This document shows, one piece after another, positions 1-14,180 of a DNA stretch of 64,000 bases. Position 1 is the first letter of the stretch. Each line of letters starts with the position of its first letter. The notes beneath the pieces are model-generated. The model did no database searches and had not been told where the DNA came from. It saw only the letters and a program-made list of their open reading frames with translations. This DNA is from Rhizodiscina lignyota (lineage: Eukaryota): contig ML978123.1 of the NCBI GenBank assembly GCA_010015805.1, forward strand, positions 1,426,001-1,490,000, in the 5' to 3' direction. The translations under genes and the position numbers were made by a program.

Positions 1-283
1 GTATAAAAGGATTTGCCTCATGTTCGATCGACGCTACGCTAGTCTAAAAAAAGAAGTGGCGGTGCTGTTGTGGCTTGATCTCACCCGCAGATTAAGTCTC
101 GGGCGGTGGAATTATTTTCCGCGGTGATCTTCTCGATGCTGAAGCCGACTTTCATGGTGGTGAAAGAACATGGGAAGGAGATTGGCTTCTTTACCATGAG
201 ACCATACAGAGTCCTTTTTCTCTGTTACTGCCTTCCTTGAACTATTTCCGAAGTCGTGCTTGGGGTCCTTTGAGACCGCCAAC

Positions 284-3106
284 ATGACGAGCCGTAAGCA
301 GCAGCGCCTTTGACAGCTTTCTCTCATGAGCGACCCACTAACTTTTACTTGGGATGCAGTCAAGCAATTCATTCGCAATGTGCGCGCGGCAAAAACGATT
401 GCGGATGAGAGAGCAGTCGTTCAGAAAGAGAGCGCTGCCATTCGAGCGAGCTTCAGGGAGGAGAGTCATGATTCAGGTGTCAGGTACGCCATTTTCTCAA
501 ATCACTGGCAGAGCAGCTACTGATTTTCTGGCAGGCGAAACAATGTCGCGAAGCTGCTTTACCTCTTCACACTCGGCGAACGTACACATTTTGGCCAGAT
601 AGAATGTTTGAAGCTGCTTGCCTCACCGCGCTTCGCGGATAAGCGGTTAGGATATTTGGGGACTATGCTACTGCTGGATGAGAACCAGGAAGTGCTGACA
701 CTTGTCACAAACTCCTTGAAAAAGTAAGTGGACTTCTTCGTACGCTGAGGATACGTAGCCTGATGATATGGCCTTGAACAGTGACCTCAACCATTCAAAT
801 CAATACATCGTCGGTCTCGCCCTCGTCACCCTCGGTAACATTGCTTCGGTCGAAATGTCCCGCGACCTATTCCCCGAAGTTGAGACAATCTTATCTTCCT
901 CCAACCCATACGTGAGACGAAAGGCTGCCTTATGCGCTATGCGCATTTGTCGCAAGGTCCCTGACCTCCAAGAGCATTTCCTCGAGAAGGCAAAACTCCT
1001 TGTTGCAGACAGGAATCATGGCGTCTTACTTTGTGGCCTGACACTTGTGGGAAGCATGTGTGAAGCGGATGATGCCGAGGGCGGCGAAATGGGAACTGTC
1101 GAAGTGTTTCGACCACTGGTCCCAGCTCTCGTAAAGACTCTGAAGAGTTTGTCAAGCTCGGGCTATGCGCCAGAGCATGACGTTACTGGAATCACAGATC
1201 CATTTTTGCAAGTCAAGATTCTGAGACTCTTGCGAGTCCTGGGACGAGGGGACCAAGAAACAAGCGAACAGATCAACGACATCCTAGCACAAGTCGCCAC
1301 GAATACAGACTCCTCTAAAAATGTCGGCAACTCTATTCTTTACGAGTCCGTTCTTACAATTCTCGACATTGAAGCAGACTCCGGCTTACGGGTTCTTGGT
1401 GTAAACATCCTTGGAAAATTTCTTTCGAACCGCGACAACAACATTCGATATGTCGCTCTCAATACACTCATAAAGGTCGTCGCAATCGAGCCTAATGCCG
1501 TGCAGAGGCATAGAAATACCATTCTGGACTGTCTCAGGGATCCTGACATTAGCATTAGGCGGAGGGCGCTGGATTTGAGTTTCACCCTTATCAATGAAAG
1601 TAATGTCAGGGTTCTCATTAGAGAGTTGCTTGCATTCCTCGAGGTTGCAGACAACGAATTCAAACCGACCATGACGAGTCAAATCGGGATTGCGGCTGAT
1701 CGATTTGCGCCAAACAAGCGGTGGCATGTTGACACAATGCTCAGAGTCCTCAAATTGGTATATACAGTGGCTGCCTAAACAGTTTTTCAGGATGGCTTAC
1801 ATTTTTCAGGCCGGTAATTATGTCAAGGAACAAATCTTGTCATCCTTCGTTCGCCTTATCGCTACTACCCCTGATCTACAGACATACTGCGTGCAGAAAT
1901 TGTACGCCAACCTCAAAGACGACATTACTCAAGAGGGCCTCACGCTTGCTGGCACATGGGTGATAGGGGAATTCGGCGATTCTCTTTTGCGTGGAGGAAG
2001 CTACGAAGAAGAGGAGCTGGTGAAGGAAGTCAAAGAAAGCGATCTTGTTGACCTCTTCACTACCATCCTCAACAGCAGCTATGCGGGGCAGATCGTCATT
2101 GAGTATATCATCACTTCTGCTATGAAACTCACTACTCGCTTGTCCGACCCAGCACAAGTCGAGCGAGTGCGACGGTTGCTACAGAGCCATCAGCGGGATT
2201 TGGATATTGAAGTGCAGCAACGTTCTGTCGAATATGGTAATCTCTTTGCGTATGATCAGATAAGGCGAGGTGTCTTAGAGAAGATGCCACCACCAGAGAT
2301 CCGGGAAGAGAGCCGAGTTCTTGGCGAAGCAACGGCGAAGCGAAAGCCAACAACATCGAAGAAGAAACCAAGTCAAGTAACGGAGCAAGACATGCTTCTT
2401 GATTTAATGGGAGGTTCAGACCTTCCGACATCAGATGCGAGCCCCATCAATGGCAACCAACAGAACAATGCGGATTTACTTGCTGATATTCTCGGCGGAG
2501 GGTCCTCGTCAGCACAACAGGCGGCTCCTCAAGCAAACGGGCAGCAGCCAAAGTCAAATGTCAATTCTATCATGGACCTCTTCAATGCACCAAGCCCGGC
2601 AGGGACGCCTGCTGCAACCGCCGGTGCCCCAACCTCTGCCTTCGCTACACCGCCCACCATGTCATCACCGCCTCCGACAACTGCAACCCCACCAGTAGGT
2701 GGCGGCCCACCTGCTCACGGTGCATATAACAAGAACAATCTGCAAATCACTTTCCAACTTCGGCGTGATAATGCAGCGATCCAGGTCCTTGCCCGATTCA
2801 AGAACACCGGTGATTTCCAGAGTTTGAGCGCTGTAAATTTACAAGCAGCTGTGCCGAAAAGTCAGCGGCTACAGCTCCAAGCGATCAGTAATGCGGATTT
2901 GAGTGGCGGAGAGGAGGCAACTCAGCAGATGAGGATTACAGGCGTGAATGGGGTGAGTCAGCTTTCAATTTGCGTGAGGATCATTTTGCTGACAGAACTT
3001 TGATCAGCCACCACCTGCAAGACTGAGGTTGCGACTGAAGATCAGCTACTCCATTGGAGGAGGGCCACCGGTCGCTGACCAAGTTGATTGGTCAGAACCG
3101 GCATAA
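284..3106 (+). CDS. APL4: AP-1 adaptor complex gamma subunit (gamma-adaptin), multi-exon
   Basis: Spliced start [21 protein letters not shown] (ATG 284, intron 294-359). Adaptin N-terminal repeats ([36 protein letters not shown]) and a C-terminal gamma-ear ([13 protein letters not shown]). TAA at 3104-3106. Confidence 0.96.
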
Positions 3107-3343
3107 CGATGTTGATGCTGTAATTTTCGAAGTGCGTCTATCGATAATGAACAGGCCTTGGCTGGGGCGAAATTTCAATGGGCGATTTCAGGCACTCTTT
3201 CTCCATTGTCGCAAGCACTAGCACCAAATGAAGATTTTGTGACTTGCGGACCAGCTAAAAAAATCGGTGTTCGGAATGTAGGTATGTGATATGTTAAGCT
3301 TGGTGTTTTAAGCATTCACGCTCTTCCTTGCTCCACGGTATTC

Positions 3344-5202
3344 CTACACGCCAGCGAGCCCGTAAAAGTCACTCACTCCTCTTCGGAAGCCTTGCTCCCA
3401 CTCCCAGAGGAAGTCTCCAACTTGACCAGTCTCGCCAAGGCGCTTGTGAATCCAAACCTCCAAACATCCTATCTTATCACCACCTGCTAGTAGTGGCCCT
3501 ATTATTTAAAGTGTCAGCGAACGTCTTGGGTGATTAAGAGGAGCTGGGACCAGTATGGGAACTTACCAAGTAAACTATTGCTTCTCGCACTAAAGAATGA
3601 TATGGCATCGGAAAAGCCAAGCTTCCAGCCCGCTTCAAAGCGCCAGTGCCCGAAGTTCTGCCCAGGTGCGGTCTGGTTCCAATAATCGGTGTGCTGCTGT
3701 ACTGCGACGACACGAGAATTGTCCTGCTGTGACTGTGCCGTGGAGACTCGGGAGGATACATCGCTGGGACTGAGCGTCAAGTTCCAAGGCGGGTAGACTG
3801 CCGGAGACGGCGATGGTGGAGGTGGGGGAGTGGTGTTCGGCGTGCACTGCTGGACAAATCCCCAGTCACCGCCGGGCATCCAATCCATCTTGTACGTCCA
3901 GAAGAAGCTGCCGCCTGCGCGCTGCTGCCAGCGGTTGCTCTGAGCGTTGCCGAACTGCTTGACGAGCTCTCCCCTGTCGCCTCCGCCAGCCTTTGACCAT
4001 GAGCTGCCATCCATAACGCAACTGTACTCTCCGACGACAACTTGAACGGCGCCGCGGTCGACTATGCTTCCATCTTTGCCATCTAGCTCGGTCATCTTGT
4101 TGCTAACGTCTGCGATTATTTGCTGCGGGCTCATTGCCTTGTTTGCGTCGGAGAACGCCCAGTAGTAGTGAGTATCAATGATCACAGGGTTTGTTGCCGC
4201 GGCTGCAGAGTTCGAGCTGTTCTTTCCCAGCGTGTAGCTGATACACTGAGATAGATCCCAGCTATCTGAAATGTATAACGGAATACTTGGATCGATACTG
4301 CACGTCTGAGCGATGACGGTGTCGTACCAGCTGTACATTCCAGGAGCATTGTACTCCGCTTCGTTGCATATCTGTAGTCCGATCACCCCATCGAGTGGGA
4401 CGTTCCGGATCTCCTGTGCCATGTAGGCGAGGCATTTTGTTGCGAGATCGAGATTTGCTTGATTTCCCCAAAGCGCAGCGATGCCGGAATTTGTTCCGGA
4501 GTGGTCTCCAGTGTTCGCCCCGCCGGGAAGTGCATGCAGATCCAGAAGAACTCCGATGCCATGAGAGTGACAGCTCGACACTATGGACTTCACGATGGAC
4601 CAGGCATTGGTGTACACTGACGCGTATGGCTCGAATGGGGTGGATTTGCAGAAATGGGGGCCAAGCGTGAAATAGCCAACCGGCAAACGGATGGATGTGC
4701 CTTGATATTAACCGGTCAGCATTCTATCATAATAACCGAAAGTTGATTATCCAAGTGCGGAATTGTAATGCAATGATTTTGCAACATTCATGACAGCATC
4801 TGCCTTACAAGAAGCGCTGTTGACAAGCCAAGAGAAGTCGCTGTCAGAAATGGCCGATTGCCAATGCTGTTCCCACTTTGCTCTTGTTGCATTGAGGCCA
4901 ATCGCGCTCACAGAGGCCTTGACAGCCTCTAGCTCGCTGGACTGCTGAGCTGTTGCATTGCTGGGAAACATGCTACCGCTAAGCCATTTCTCCAGCACAA
5001 ATATGGAACCAAGGTTTGTGCCATGCTGGTAGCGGTATCTAAACACATCGTTCGACGTTGGTGCGGATGGAAGGGCGCAGTAATTTGGATCTTGAGATGT
5101 CATTGGGACCTGTTGCCGTTGTACGGTATGTTGAGTTGGGGTGCTGTGGTCGTGCAGAGTCTCGTGGATTGCGTCTTTAGCTTTGTGAAGAAAGGAGCGC
5201 AT
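3344..5202 (-). CDS. Glycoside hydrolase family 5 (beta-glucanase/glucosidase, YBR056W-like), no signal peptide; 3 exons
   Basis: GTNLGSIFVLEKWL, SIRLPVGYF, LDLHALPGGAN, the NEA acid/base motif and the VGEYS nucleophile motif. Last exon reads GDKIGCLEVW...WEWEQGFRRG, with TAG at 3344-3346. Confidence 0.9.
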
Positions 5203-5921
5203 GGTGAATCAAGGTTTTGCTCTCGTAGGTTTCGGTGATTGGAAAGAAGATGCTAGAGGAAATTTGGCAGAGAGGTTGATGAAAAGCTCTTCAGGTGCTT
5301 CGTTGGAAGTTGACGGTCAATGAGCAAAGCAGGGAGAAAGAACCACTCATTGCCTTGCGACACTACTGAAGGCAAGAACGATAGCCTCTGGCGAAGATAA
5401 TTTGTACGGGGAAGTGCATGAACCCAACATGAATTGGTTACCTACTGCAGCACGTTGGTGGTTGCTCGAGGACTTGTGGGCCTGCTGACGTGGAAGGAGT
5501 CTTGGACCTTCGCTAAAGAGTCGAGCGTCTGCTGGGCATTTAATCGTTCAATCGAGCTCAATGAAGTTGCAAAGTTTCCGCTACATCACTGAAATCATCT
5601 CAAGCAATCTGATAAAGCAGGCATTTGGAGATAGTGGGAATAACTGGAAAGCAAATACGAGCGCTATCAGCGTCCCTTCGTGTTGGAACTTCGAGATTCG
5701 TCCGTGGCCAGTCAGCACAGCCAGTTTCAGCAGTAAGCCTCGAACAGCCTTACGCTGAAAAGCAAGGGCTGTTACTTAAGCCTATAAAATACAATGCTCT
5801 CAAACTCATAGGCTGCTGTAATGGACATAAGTAAACCTCAGCCCTCCCTCTGATGTCGACGTAGATTAGCGCAAGAGAAAACCTCGGCGCTCTTGCTGCT
5901 GTTGAGCACCCTGAACGCAAA

Positions 5922-7819
5922 ATGGACGACACGTTCGACGTAATCGTTGTCGGTGTTGGTTAGTAATTAATTTGATCTAAGAGACTCGGAACTCGCTCTG
6001 AATAGCGGACAGGAATCTTTGGACTCCAAGCAGCGCGAACGTACCTCGATCTCCATCCTGAAGCGAAGCTCTTGGCGTTAGAAGCTTATGAGCATGCAGG
6101 AGGCGTCTGGGGCAAATGTGAGCTTAATTCAATGTCATCTCTATGGCTGGTATCAACTCCTCAACTTTGATCCTGTAGATGACGTTTGGAACTTGTAGCA
6201 CGATGGTATCCTGGATTCTGGACCCAAGGAGGCTACGGTTTGATGGAGTGGTCTGACAGACCTTTCGGAGACCTCCCCAAGGACCACAACTGCTACCTCT
6301 TCAAGGCCGAATATGTCATCGATTACATTGAGAAGTACCTGGATAGTCATGTCTACAATGGAAAGAGCCTCCGCGATCGCATTCGATGCAGCTTTTCTGT
6401 CGATAGCGTATCTAAAATGCCAGAAGGTTTATGGAGTATCTCAGGACATAGCAACAAACCGAATGAGCCGCAAGAGACGACTGTTTATAAGGCCCGAAAG
6501 GTCATGATAGCTTCCGGCTTCACTTCGATCCCTTCAATACCCAATTTCAAGAACGACAACTTCTCTGGGAGAATCATCCACAGCAGCAACTTTGGCCGTG
6601 AGGCCGACACGATTCTGGCTACCGCGCCGAAGAAGCACATCTCCGTACTTGGAGGCGGGAAGTCTGCAGCCGACATGGTCTACGCCGCTGCCAAAGCTGG
6701 CCACGATGTCAACTGGATCATTCGAAAACATGGGTCAGGCCCGGGGCTCTTCGCTGTACCTTCAAAGATGGGCAAATACAACAATCCAACGGAGATTATG
6801 ATGACGAGGGCTGGTACAACGCTAAGCCCAAGCCACTTTGGGAAGCCTAACTTGTGGACGCGATTTGTTCATGGCACCTGGTTAGGAAGATGGCTGCTGC
6901 TGAACATTTTCCACATGATAGGGCAGGATTCAATTAAGAAGGCCGGCTTCGATTCCAATGAAAAGGCGCTTGAAGGGTTCAACAAAATGAAACCTGAGGC
7001 CAAGTAGGTATTCTCCTATTGAGTTGTTGCGAGTGTAGCTGATGCGACTCATACAGCGAATTCTGGCTCAATGCCGCGGTGGGAATGGTCCAGGTCGAAG
7101 ATTTCTGGCCTACCATTGCCGAGAAAGTGCACGTATACCGCAATGATATCTCACATCTCGCCTCCGACGGTATCCATCTCGAAGACGGCCCTGTCATCCC
7201 GTGTGACATTTTCTTGCTCGGAACCGGCTTCAAGGAGGAGTATCCCTTCTTCGACGCTGCAGAGCACACGAGGCTTGGCCTGTCCCACCCTCCAACATCG
7301 AACGCGGAGCAAGATGAATGGCTGAGTCTTCAAGAGGAGGCAGACAAGGAGATAATCTCGCGCTTCCCGATGCTCGCACGCGGACCAGGCTTCCAGAAGA
7401 CACCCAGAGTGACGCCATTCAGGCTCTATAATGCTATCGCATCGCTTTCCGATCCCACCATAGTCTTTTTGGGCTGCGTCTCGCTGGTGAATATGTTTGC
7501 CGGAGCTGAATGGCAGGCGTTGTGGGCGAGCGCGTACCTCGACGGCAACATCGAGCTGCCCTCCAAGGAGGAGATGAAGAAGCAAATCGCAATGGATAAT
7601 CAGTGGAGCCGGCGACGGTATCCTTTCTATGGAGAAACATCAGGCATTTGCTTTGATATGGAATGCGTACTTTACGGGGATCGGTTGCTTAAAGAACTTG
7701 GATGCACGAGCCATATTGATGGACTTAGTGGTTGGCAATATTGGACAAAGGTGAACTTTGCGAATCAGTACAAGGGCGTTATGGGAGAGTATGTTGCGAA
7801 CCTCAAGAAGCAGAATTAG
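5922..7819 (+). CDS. Flavin-containing monooxygenase (FMO-like), multi-exon
   Basis: MDDTFDVIVVGVG|IFG (FAD Rossmann motif split by an intron), AGGVW, FMO signature FSGRIIHSSNF, NADPH motif VLGGGKSAADM, and LGTGF. Confidence 0.9.
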
Positions 7820-8000
7820 CTGGGATCTGTAGAACAGGGTTTCTTTTTGATAACAATGGTAATTAATACGAACTTCAGCCGCAGTAGGGATAGTAATCAC
7901 CCAATAAGACGCCAGAAACGCCGCGCTAGAAGACCTTCATGTACTAAAGGATGACACGGAATAAAGGATAATACCTCTCGGAGAGCCGAGGAAAGTCCAA

Positions 8001-11000
8001 TCATGATTCATCGCTGTCATTCGTCTTACCAGCCCCTATAAGCCGCACATCTTCAGCTCCCGCGACCCTATCGATCTCCGTCGAGATCGCGAGCACCCAT
8101 CGATCCCTCTCCGCACGACTCCTAGCCTTGAACACAATGCTTCTGCCCTTTACGCCCAATTGACTGACGTGCCTAAGCCTTGCGCGAGTACCTGTCTCAC
8201 CTTCTCTTTCTGCTGCCTCGCTGTCTCTGCGCTGCTTGTTCTTGCCGACTGTATGAGACGTCTCAGGCGGCACGCCTGCGTCTTCCCCAGCTCTGGCCGC
8301 GAGCGCTTTGACGGCGCCACTGCCAGGAACGCGGAGCCACTCTTTCTTGCGCTGGTACCACAAGACGAAAGTGCACATAATGTCCTCATCGCTGACTCGC
8401 CAACCGTCGTCGGCGTACCATCTGTGAAGTCCACTTCTGCCCGGCCGATTGCTGTCAAATGTCTTGTTCGTGTACAGCAGATCGTTCTCAGTCAGCAGAC
8501 CTGAATACAGATAGCATTCGGAGAGATCGAGATCGAGGGCACGTTCACGTTCGTGGTGAATAGTTGGGATGTCCTTGCCCGTGCGAGTGCGGAGAGTAGG
8601 TGAGAAGATGAGTACATGACCGGGAACAAGGAGGACTGAGGTCAGAGTGAACGTGGAATGGAGTCGAGGCTTGCGATATAGCTGTCCGGACATATGGATC
8701 GTGCGACAACAAGAGATTCCGCACATATTGTAGAGCAGCGGACTCGCATAGGTCTGCGTGACTTCCCACTTCTTCGCAAACTGGCCCATGGTCGCCTCGG
8801 CGTCCTCATCGATTCCGAGCTCTTCAATGTTCTGTTTGCGGACAGACTTGAGCATATCCATCTCGCCAACAGTGCGATGTTTCCAGTAGCGAACGAGCTC
8901 TCGAAGTCTCCGCTTCCACTCTTTCTTAGTGGTCTTATCGAACGCTTGAAGGCGGATAACAAGACTATTGCTCAGGACCAGTTCGAATGTTCGCTCGTCA
9001 TCCAAACTTTCGGTCGCCCCGTCGTCTGCCATGGTATCGGGGACATCCTCATCATAGTCAACGTCTGAGCCTTCATCTATGTTCTCATCGGTCGGAGTTG
9101 CTCCTCGTTTGATGTTCCGAACTTTTCTGACGTTGCAAAGATCAATATACCCGTCACACTCGAGAATGATATTTAATCTGCGTTCTGCTTCGTCATGTGC
9201 GTCCTCATCGTGCTCCCGAATCAGGCCCAAGTCATGCTGTCTGTTTCCGAGCCAAGTAATGGCACCATCCCGTACGGGGTATGGATTGACAGCGTAAATC
9301 AAGGGCATCTTTTCCGCAATTTGTCGTGCATTAGGTGTATTGGAACTTTCAGTGATCGGTAGCTTAGGCGGCGGAGGAGGATATGCTTTTGCAGGCCTGG
9401 AGAAGACGAGGAATTGATCGTGGGTGGAGAAATATAATCTTTTGTAGAAAAGCTTTCCCATTTTCTGATGTGCACCCTTCTGCGATGTCAGTCGGATCAG
9501 AAAGCCTTCAACTGGAGCCGGCTCTGTCAAAGATTTCCCATGGCGAGTCGTTGCCGTTGTCGGCGAATGAGTCTTCGGCCGCATCTCAAGTTCATGCGAT
9601 TTCTGCATTGCGATGGTGCCATACATCTTACGCTCGTTGGCGCCATGAATCCATTCGAGACGATCATAGCGCTTCCAAGCCAATCCGATTCTGTCGTTTT
9701 TTGTCCAAATATCCAGAATCTCCGCCCAAGCTGGATCTTTCCTCAACATCTCGCTGCAGCGTTGAATGATTCTGCTGGAGACAGCCTGCTCTTCGTCCAT
9801 CGTCTTCTTAAGAGCATTCACATCTATCTCGCCGTCTACTGAAAAGTCTTGAGATGCCTCAATTTCCTTGAACGGATTCTTAAGACGAAGCGTCACACTC
9901 AGATCTGGGACCACGACTTGCAATTCTCTGGTCCGGCGCCAGCCGAGGATATTTCGTAGGAAGGTGTACCACTCCACAGCATTTGCGCTTGATCGTGCAC
10001 GCAGCACGTAGATTGTAGTGCCGCGTGAATAAGGAACCCAAATTACCACTGACTTGTCCAGAGAAGAAAAGAGGTTGACATGTGATGTCTTCTTACTGAG
10101 AGGTATCTCGTACTTCGTGCGCTTCTTCGTGTTGGGATCCTGGATTATAGGGATGACCTGTACAACTCTGTTAGCTTGCATCATCTCCTACAACAAAAAT
10201 GCCCAAAAAATATCTTACTCTTGTTTTGTACATTTCCAACAGAAAATCCGAGTCATCATCATTGCTTTCTCTGCAAACCACCATAAACTCTCTCCACTTC
10301 TCTGAAACCCGGCTTATCACACCAAGGCTACCATTTTCATCGTAATCGTCTGGCAGATGCTTGTCAGCGCTAACATCGACACGCACGAGCATCTTCTCCA
10401 TCTTGATAATCCGGCCCTTTTTGCGTCTGCCTTTCAGAAAATCAGATGCAGAACGCTGCAGATTCATTTGAGTGACTTTGGCCATGTGAAGCAGTTCAGC
10501 TCTGCGAGAATCTTCGGGGACGGCAAAGGAGACCAAGACACTCCTCCGTCTTTCATGATCTCCATCAGCTGGGGCGACATCGTGCAGAGGCGTGCTGGCA
10601 GGCTCTGATGGTTTCACCATCTTCGACAGTATATTCCCAGAATTCGACCGGGAGGGCAGTTCCTCTTCGGCCACATTCTCTGCAGGAGTAGGATCTTTGT
10701 GGTCAAGCAAGGATTTGGTTGACCCTGCACCTGTTCCATTGTCAACAGTGGAACTGCCAACACCCATTTGACTCTCTGTCATTGATTCTATTCGAGATGA
10801 CCCTCCGCCCGTCGTGCCTTCGGTAGTGCTATTTCTTGGCGGCATCCCGAGACCCGTTGATGTCCTCTCACTGTCCTTTCCTGTGGGCTGTTCCGACTCT
10901 CTGGCACCTTCAGAGACCTCACGAGACTCTTCGGCTCCATCCAGTCCAGGAGAGCTTGATTGCATGCTCAGCCTTGGTGTATCCTCATTAAGAGGATGTG

Positions 11001-11484
11001 CGCCCTCCTGTACCTCATCTGACCCATCGCGTTGCCGATCAACTTGTCGGACATCCTTATTCGGATTGGACGATCGCGCAACCTCAACCTCTCCCGTCAC
11101 GTTTGCCTCTTGCTCGCCCTCTTCTTCATCTTCCTCGTTCAGTATATCATCGGGCTGTCGAAAGGTTTGGTGATATGTAGCCGACGTGCTTGGTCCTTCC
11201 AAGCCCGACAATCGACGTTGCGTCGAGACATTGGGGTCGGCGTGGAATGTAGCAGCACGGGAGGAGTAGTTGAGGTGGAGGTGGTGCTTGTACCAATCGC
11301 GGCGGTGGCTTTTCAGCCAGCCTTCTGGAATTGGGCCGATGAAACAGCGACGAGATGTTATGTATAGGTGCTCAGGATTCGCATGGGACAACCGCTGCGC
11401 AGTATAGGAATATGGGTCGAGGGAGGCATGCTGGCTGCTCAGCCGCTGGGATTCTGGAATTCGCGTCTCCGCGTCTTGCGTCAT
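8001..11484 (-). CDS. SPO71: Spo71/Mug56-like PH-domain sporulation (prospore membrane) protein; 2 exons
   Basis: N-terminal SYTAQRL...TSRRCFIGPIPEGWL, WKRYDRLEWIHG, PVEGFLIRLT, CGISCCRTIHMSGQLYRK and C-terminal SIVFKARSRAERDRWV. One intron at ~10167-10217. Confidence 0.88.
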
Positions 11485-12136
11485 TGACGCGGCGCGGGTG
11501 GGTGGAATGGAGTGTGAAATTAAGAAACTACGATGAGGACTCAGACCAAATGCATATTAAATAAACAACAATAGGACCGCTAGCAATGCATGAACCGTAC
11601 AAATTGAAGAGGTGAGGCAGCAGGTGCGAGGCAAAGGGCGGGATGGAAGTGCTGCTCAGTTTAATTACCTAGCCACATCGAACTTGCAAATGAGCTAGGT
11701 GCCTATCCTAGGTGCAGTCCCGGCCGATCGTGACGCACACGCGAGGAAAAGCTTGGCGGGAATTGTCCATATGATCGTTATCTGGAATGCAGAGTAAGCT
11801 GTCGATTCCATTTTAAACTCTATCGTTTCAGGTCAATCTCGCACTGTCAGACCCCAATGTACAACGAGCTTGCGTTAAGGTTCAACCAGATTCCATTCAC
11901 CACCATGTGCATTAAAGATCTACTATGCTCTTTTCGGCCGATTGGGCGCCAAAGATGCTCAGCCACTGCAGCCTCAAACCTAGGGCAATATAAGAGATTG
12001 TGGCTTTAATGCTGACCAAGTTGCGCCGAATCCTGCATCAGGACCTCAAAGCTAAAAAGCAATGCGTTCCGCAGGCGTAGAAGAGATCCTAAAATGAAAC
12101 TGAATTTCAATTTGACATTCTACAATCTCCACCATA

Positions 12137-14180
12137 ATGACCGATCCGCTGTCCGTGACTTCTGGAGTTGCGGGGCTGATTGCTCTGGTTGCCACGACTA
12201 CCCAGAGCCTAATAACCATAATCAGTGATCTTCGAGACGCACCGGCAGATATTCAAGATGTGAACCATGATGTCCACGCCTTGAGCTCGCTAATCAGAAC
12301 GACGGACGACTTATATCAGGTGTATGGGCTGAAAGCTGACGATGCTGCGTTGACGGACACTTTCAACGAATGTTTGAGTGGATGTTTACGTCCAATGAAA
12401 GATTTGGAGAAGATATTGCAGCGATTTTCAGGTACGGAGCGTGGAGGTGGCAGAAGAAGCCCCATGAGAGTTATGATGTGGACGATGAGAAAAGGAGAGA
12501 TTCGTGGTCTGAGAGACAGGTTGCGTGACAGCAAGGCTAGTTTGACGCTCGCGGTCAGTGTCTTCAATGGGTGAGTCTGTGCTCCATACAATGACGATAA
12601 CGACTGACAGCTCTTAGTCACGTATCTGGGAAAGGTCAGGATGAAATTAAGCGGGACATTCGCACCGGATACGAGGAACTGCTTCGCGAATTCTCAAGTC
12701 TGCAGATCGGAATTCGAATACGTGATCGGCTAGAAGGCGACGTCACGAGTATCTCTGGTCGCCGTGCCTCTCTATCCAACAATACGGATGCTGGAATTCC
12801 GATGCAGAAGTTCCTTGCCACGGGTGATGAGTGGGAGAATGTTTCTGCAATAGAAGGCACTGTACCTACGGATGCCCTGTGAGTCCTCTCTGCTACTGCT
12901 TGGAGCCATGCTGACCGTGTCCCAGAACTGCAGATGATGGCTTCACGATGATTGAGTCGCCAACTGATAGAGAGTTTAAGCCACCGACTGTTGAGCCGAA
13001 CGAAGCGTCGTTATTGCAGGCAGTATCGAGCGGCAATACGAAGAGAATCACCCAATTACTGGAAGCTGATGAGTCAAATGATCTGACCTCCGAGAGGACT
13101 CCAGAAGGACTGAGCGCGTTACATGTTTGCGTAGAACTCAACGATTGCGCTACCACAGAACTGTTACTAAAGCACGGAATGAACATGAACCTGAGAGACA
13201 AACGCCGGAGAACGCCTTTCATGTTAGCTATTGATCTTCACTCTGTTGAAGTTGCATGCCTGCTCATTGAGCGTGGTTGTGCGCTCGGCACATTCACTAC
13301 TGATGCTCCAGAAGGCCTGAAGACCGAGGAGTATGGCGACGATTATCATCGCATGCTCACGTCTCTATCAACGAGACTTAAGGGATCCGCAAGGGGTCCG
13401 TTCTTACTCCATCGCGCTATTCAGCAGGGCCAAACTCATTACCTCAAGGTTCTTGTGGATGCAGGGTTTGACGTTAATGAAAGAGACGAAGAAGGTGCGC
13501 TTCATCATTCCCATTTTCTGTCGTGCTCGCTGTACTGACTGGATGCAGGAACGGCACCATTGCACCATGCAATTGTGAGGGGAAATATGGACGCTGCAAA
13601 GGCCCTCGTAGAGGCATCCGCCGATGTGAACTGTTTCCTTGCGGAAGGACCACACCCTACTTTGGCACCAGCACGAGACCGAGACTACACTCCTCTGCTC
13701 CTTGCGGCCGCCGCTCGCTCCGATGCGAAAATGGTGCGTTATCTCATCAGTCACGGCGCCGATCCCAACTTCGTGCTGCCAAAGCACCATGATATTGTTC
13801 TTCAATGCGTCTGCGCATACGACGCTTCTATCGGCGCAGCTCTCATCGAAGGCGGCACAAATGTGAACCATCAGTCCGAAGGTGGACACACGCCGCTTTA
13901 TTGGGCGTGTGTATGCCGCAACGTACCGCTGTTGAAGTTGATTCTACAACAACCGGATGTCAATATCAACGTCCAAACGTACGCGGGAGAGATGACGGCG
14001 GCTCACGCTTGCGTCCAGTTTGATCGCAAGGGGCCGCTGAGAGTATTGCTGCAGCACAAGCCTGATCTGACTATAGTCGATGCAGAAGGTTTGACGGCGT
14101 TAGATGTAGCTGAAGGGATGGGAAGGTCGGATATGATTGATATGCTGAGGGCTGCAGAGAGGGCCGCAAGGGCAAGCTAG
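12137..14180 (+). CDS. Ankyrin-repeat protein with an N-terminal fungal STAND-type (HeLo-like/SesA-like) helical domain; 4 exons
   Basis: MTDPLSVTSGVAGLIAL...DLRDAPADIQ...LRDSKASLTLA N-terminal domain. Ankyrin motifs GLSALHVC, RTPFMLA, APLHHA, YTPLLLA, HTPLYWA and LTALDVA. GT-AG introns near 12571, 12879 and 13495. Confidence 0.82.
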
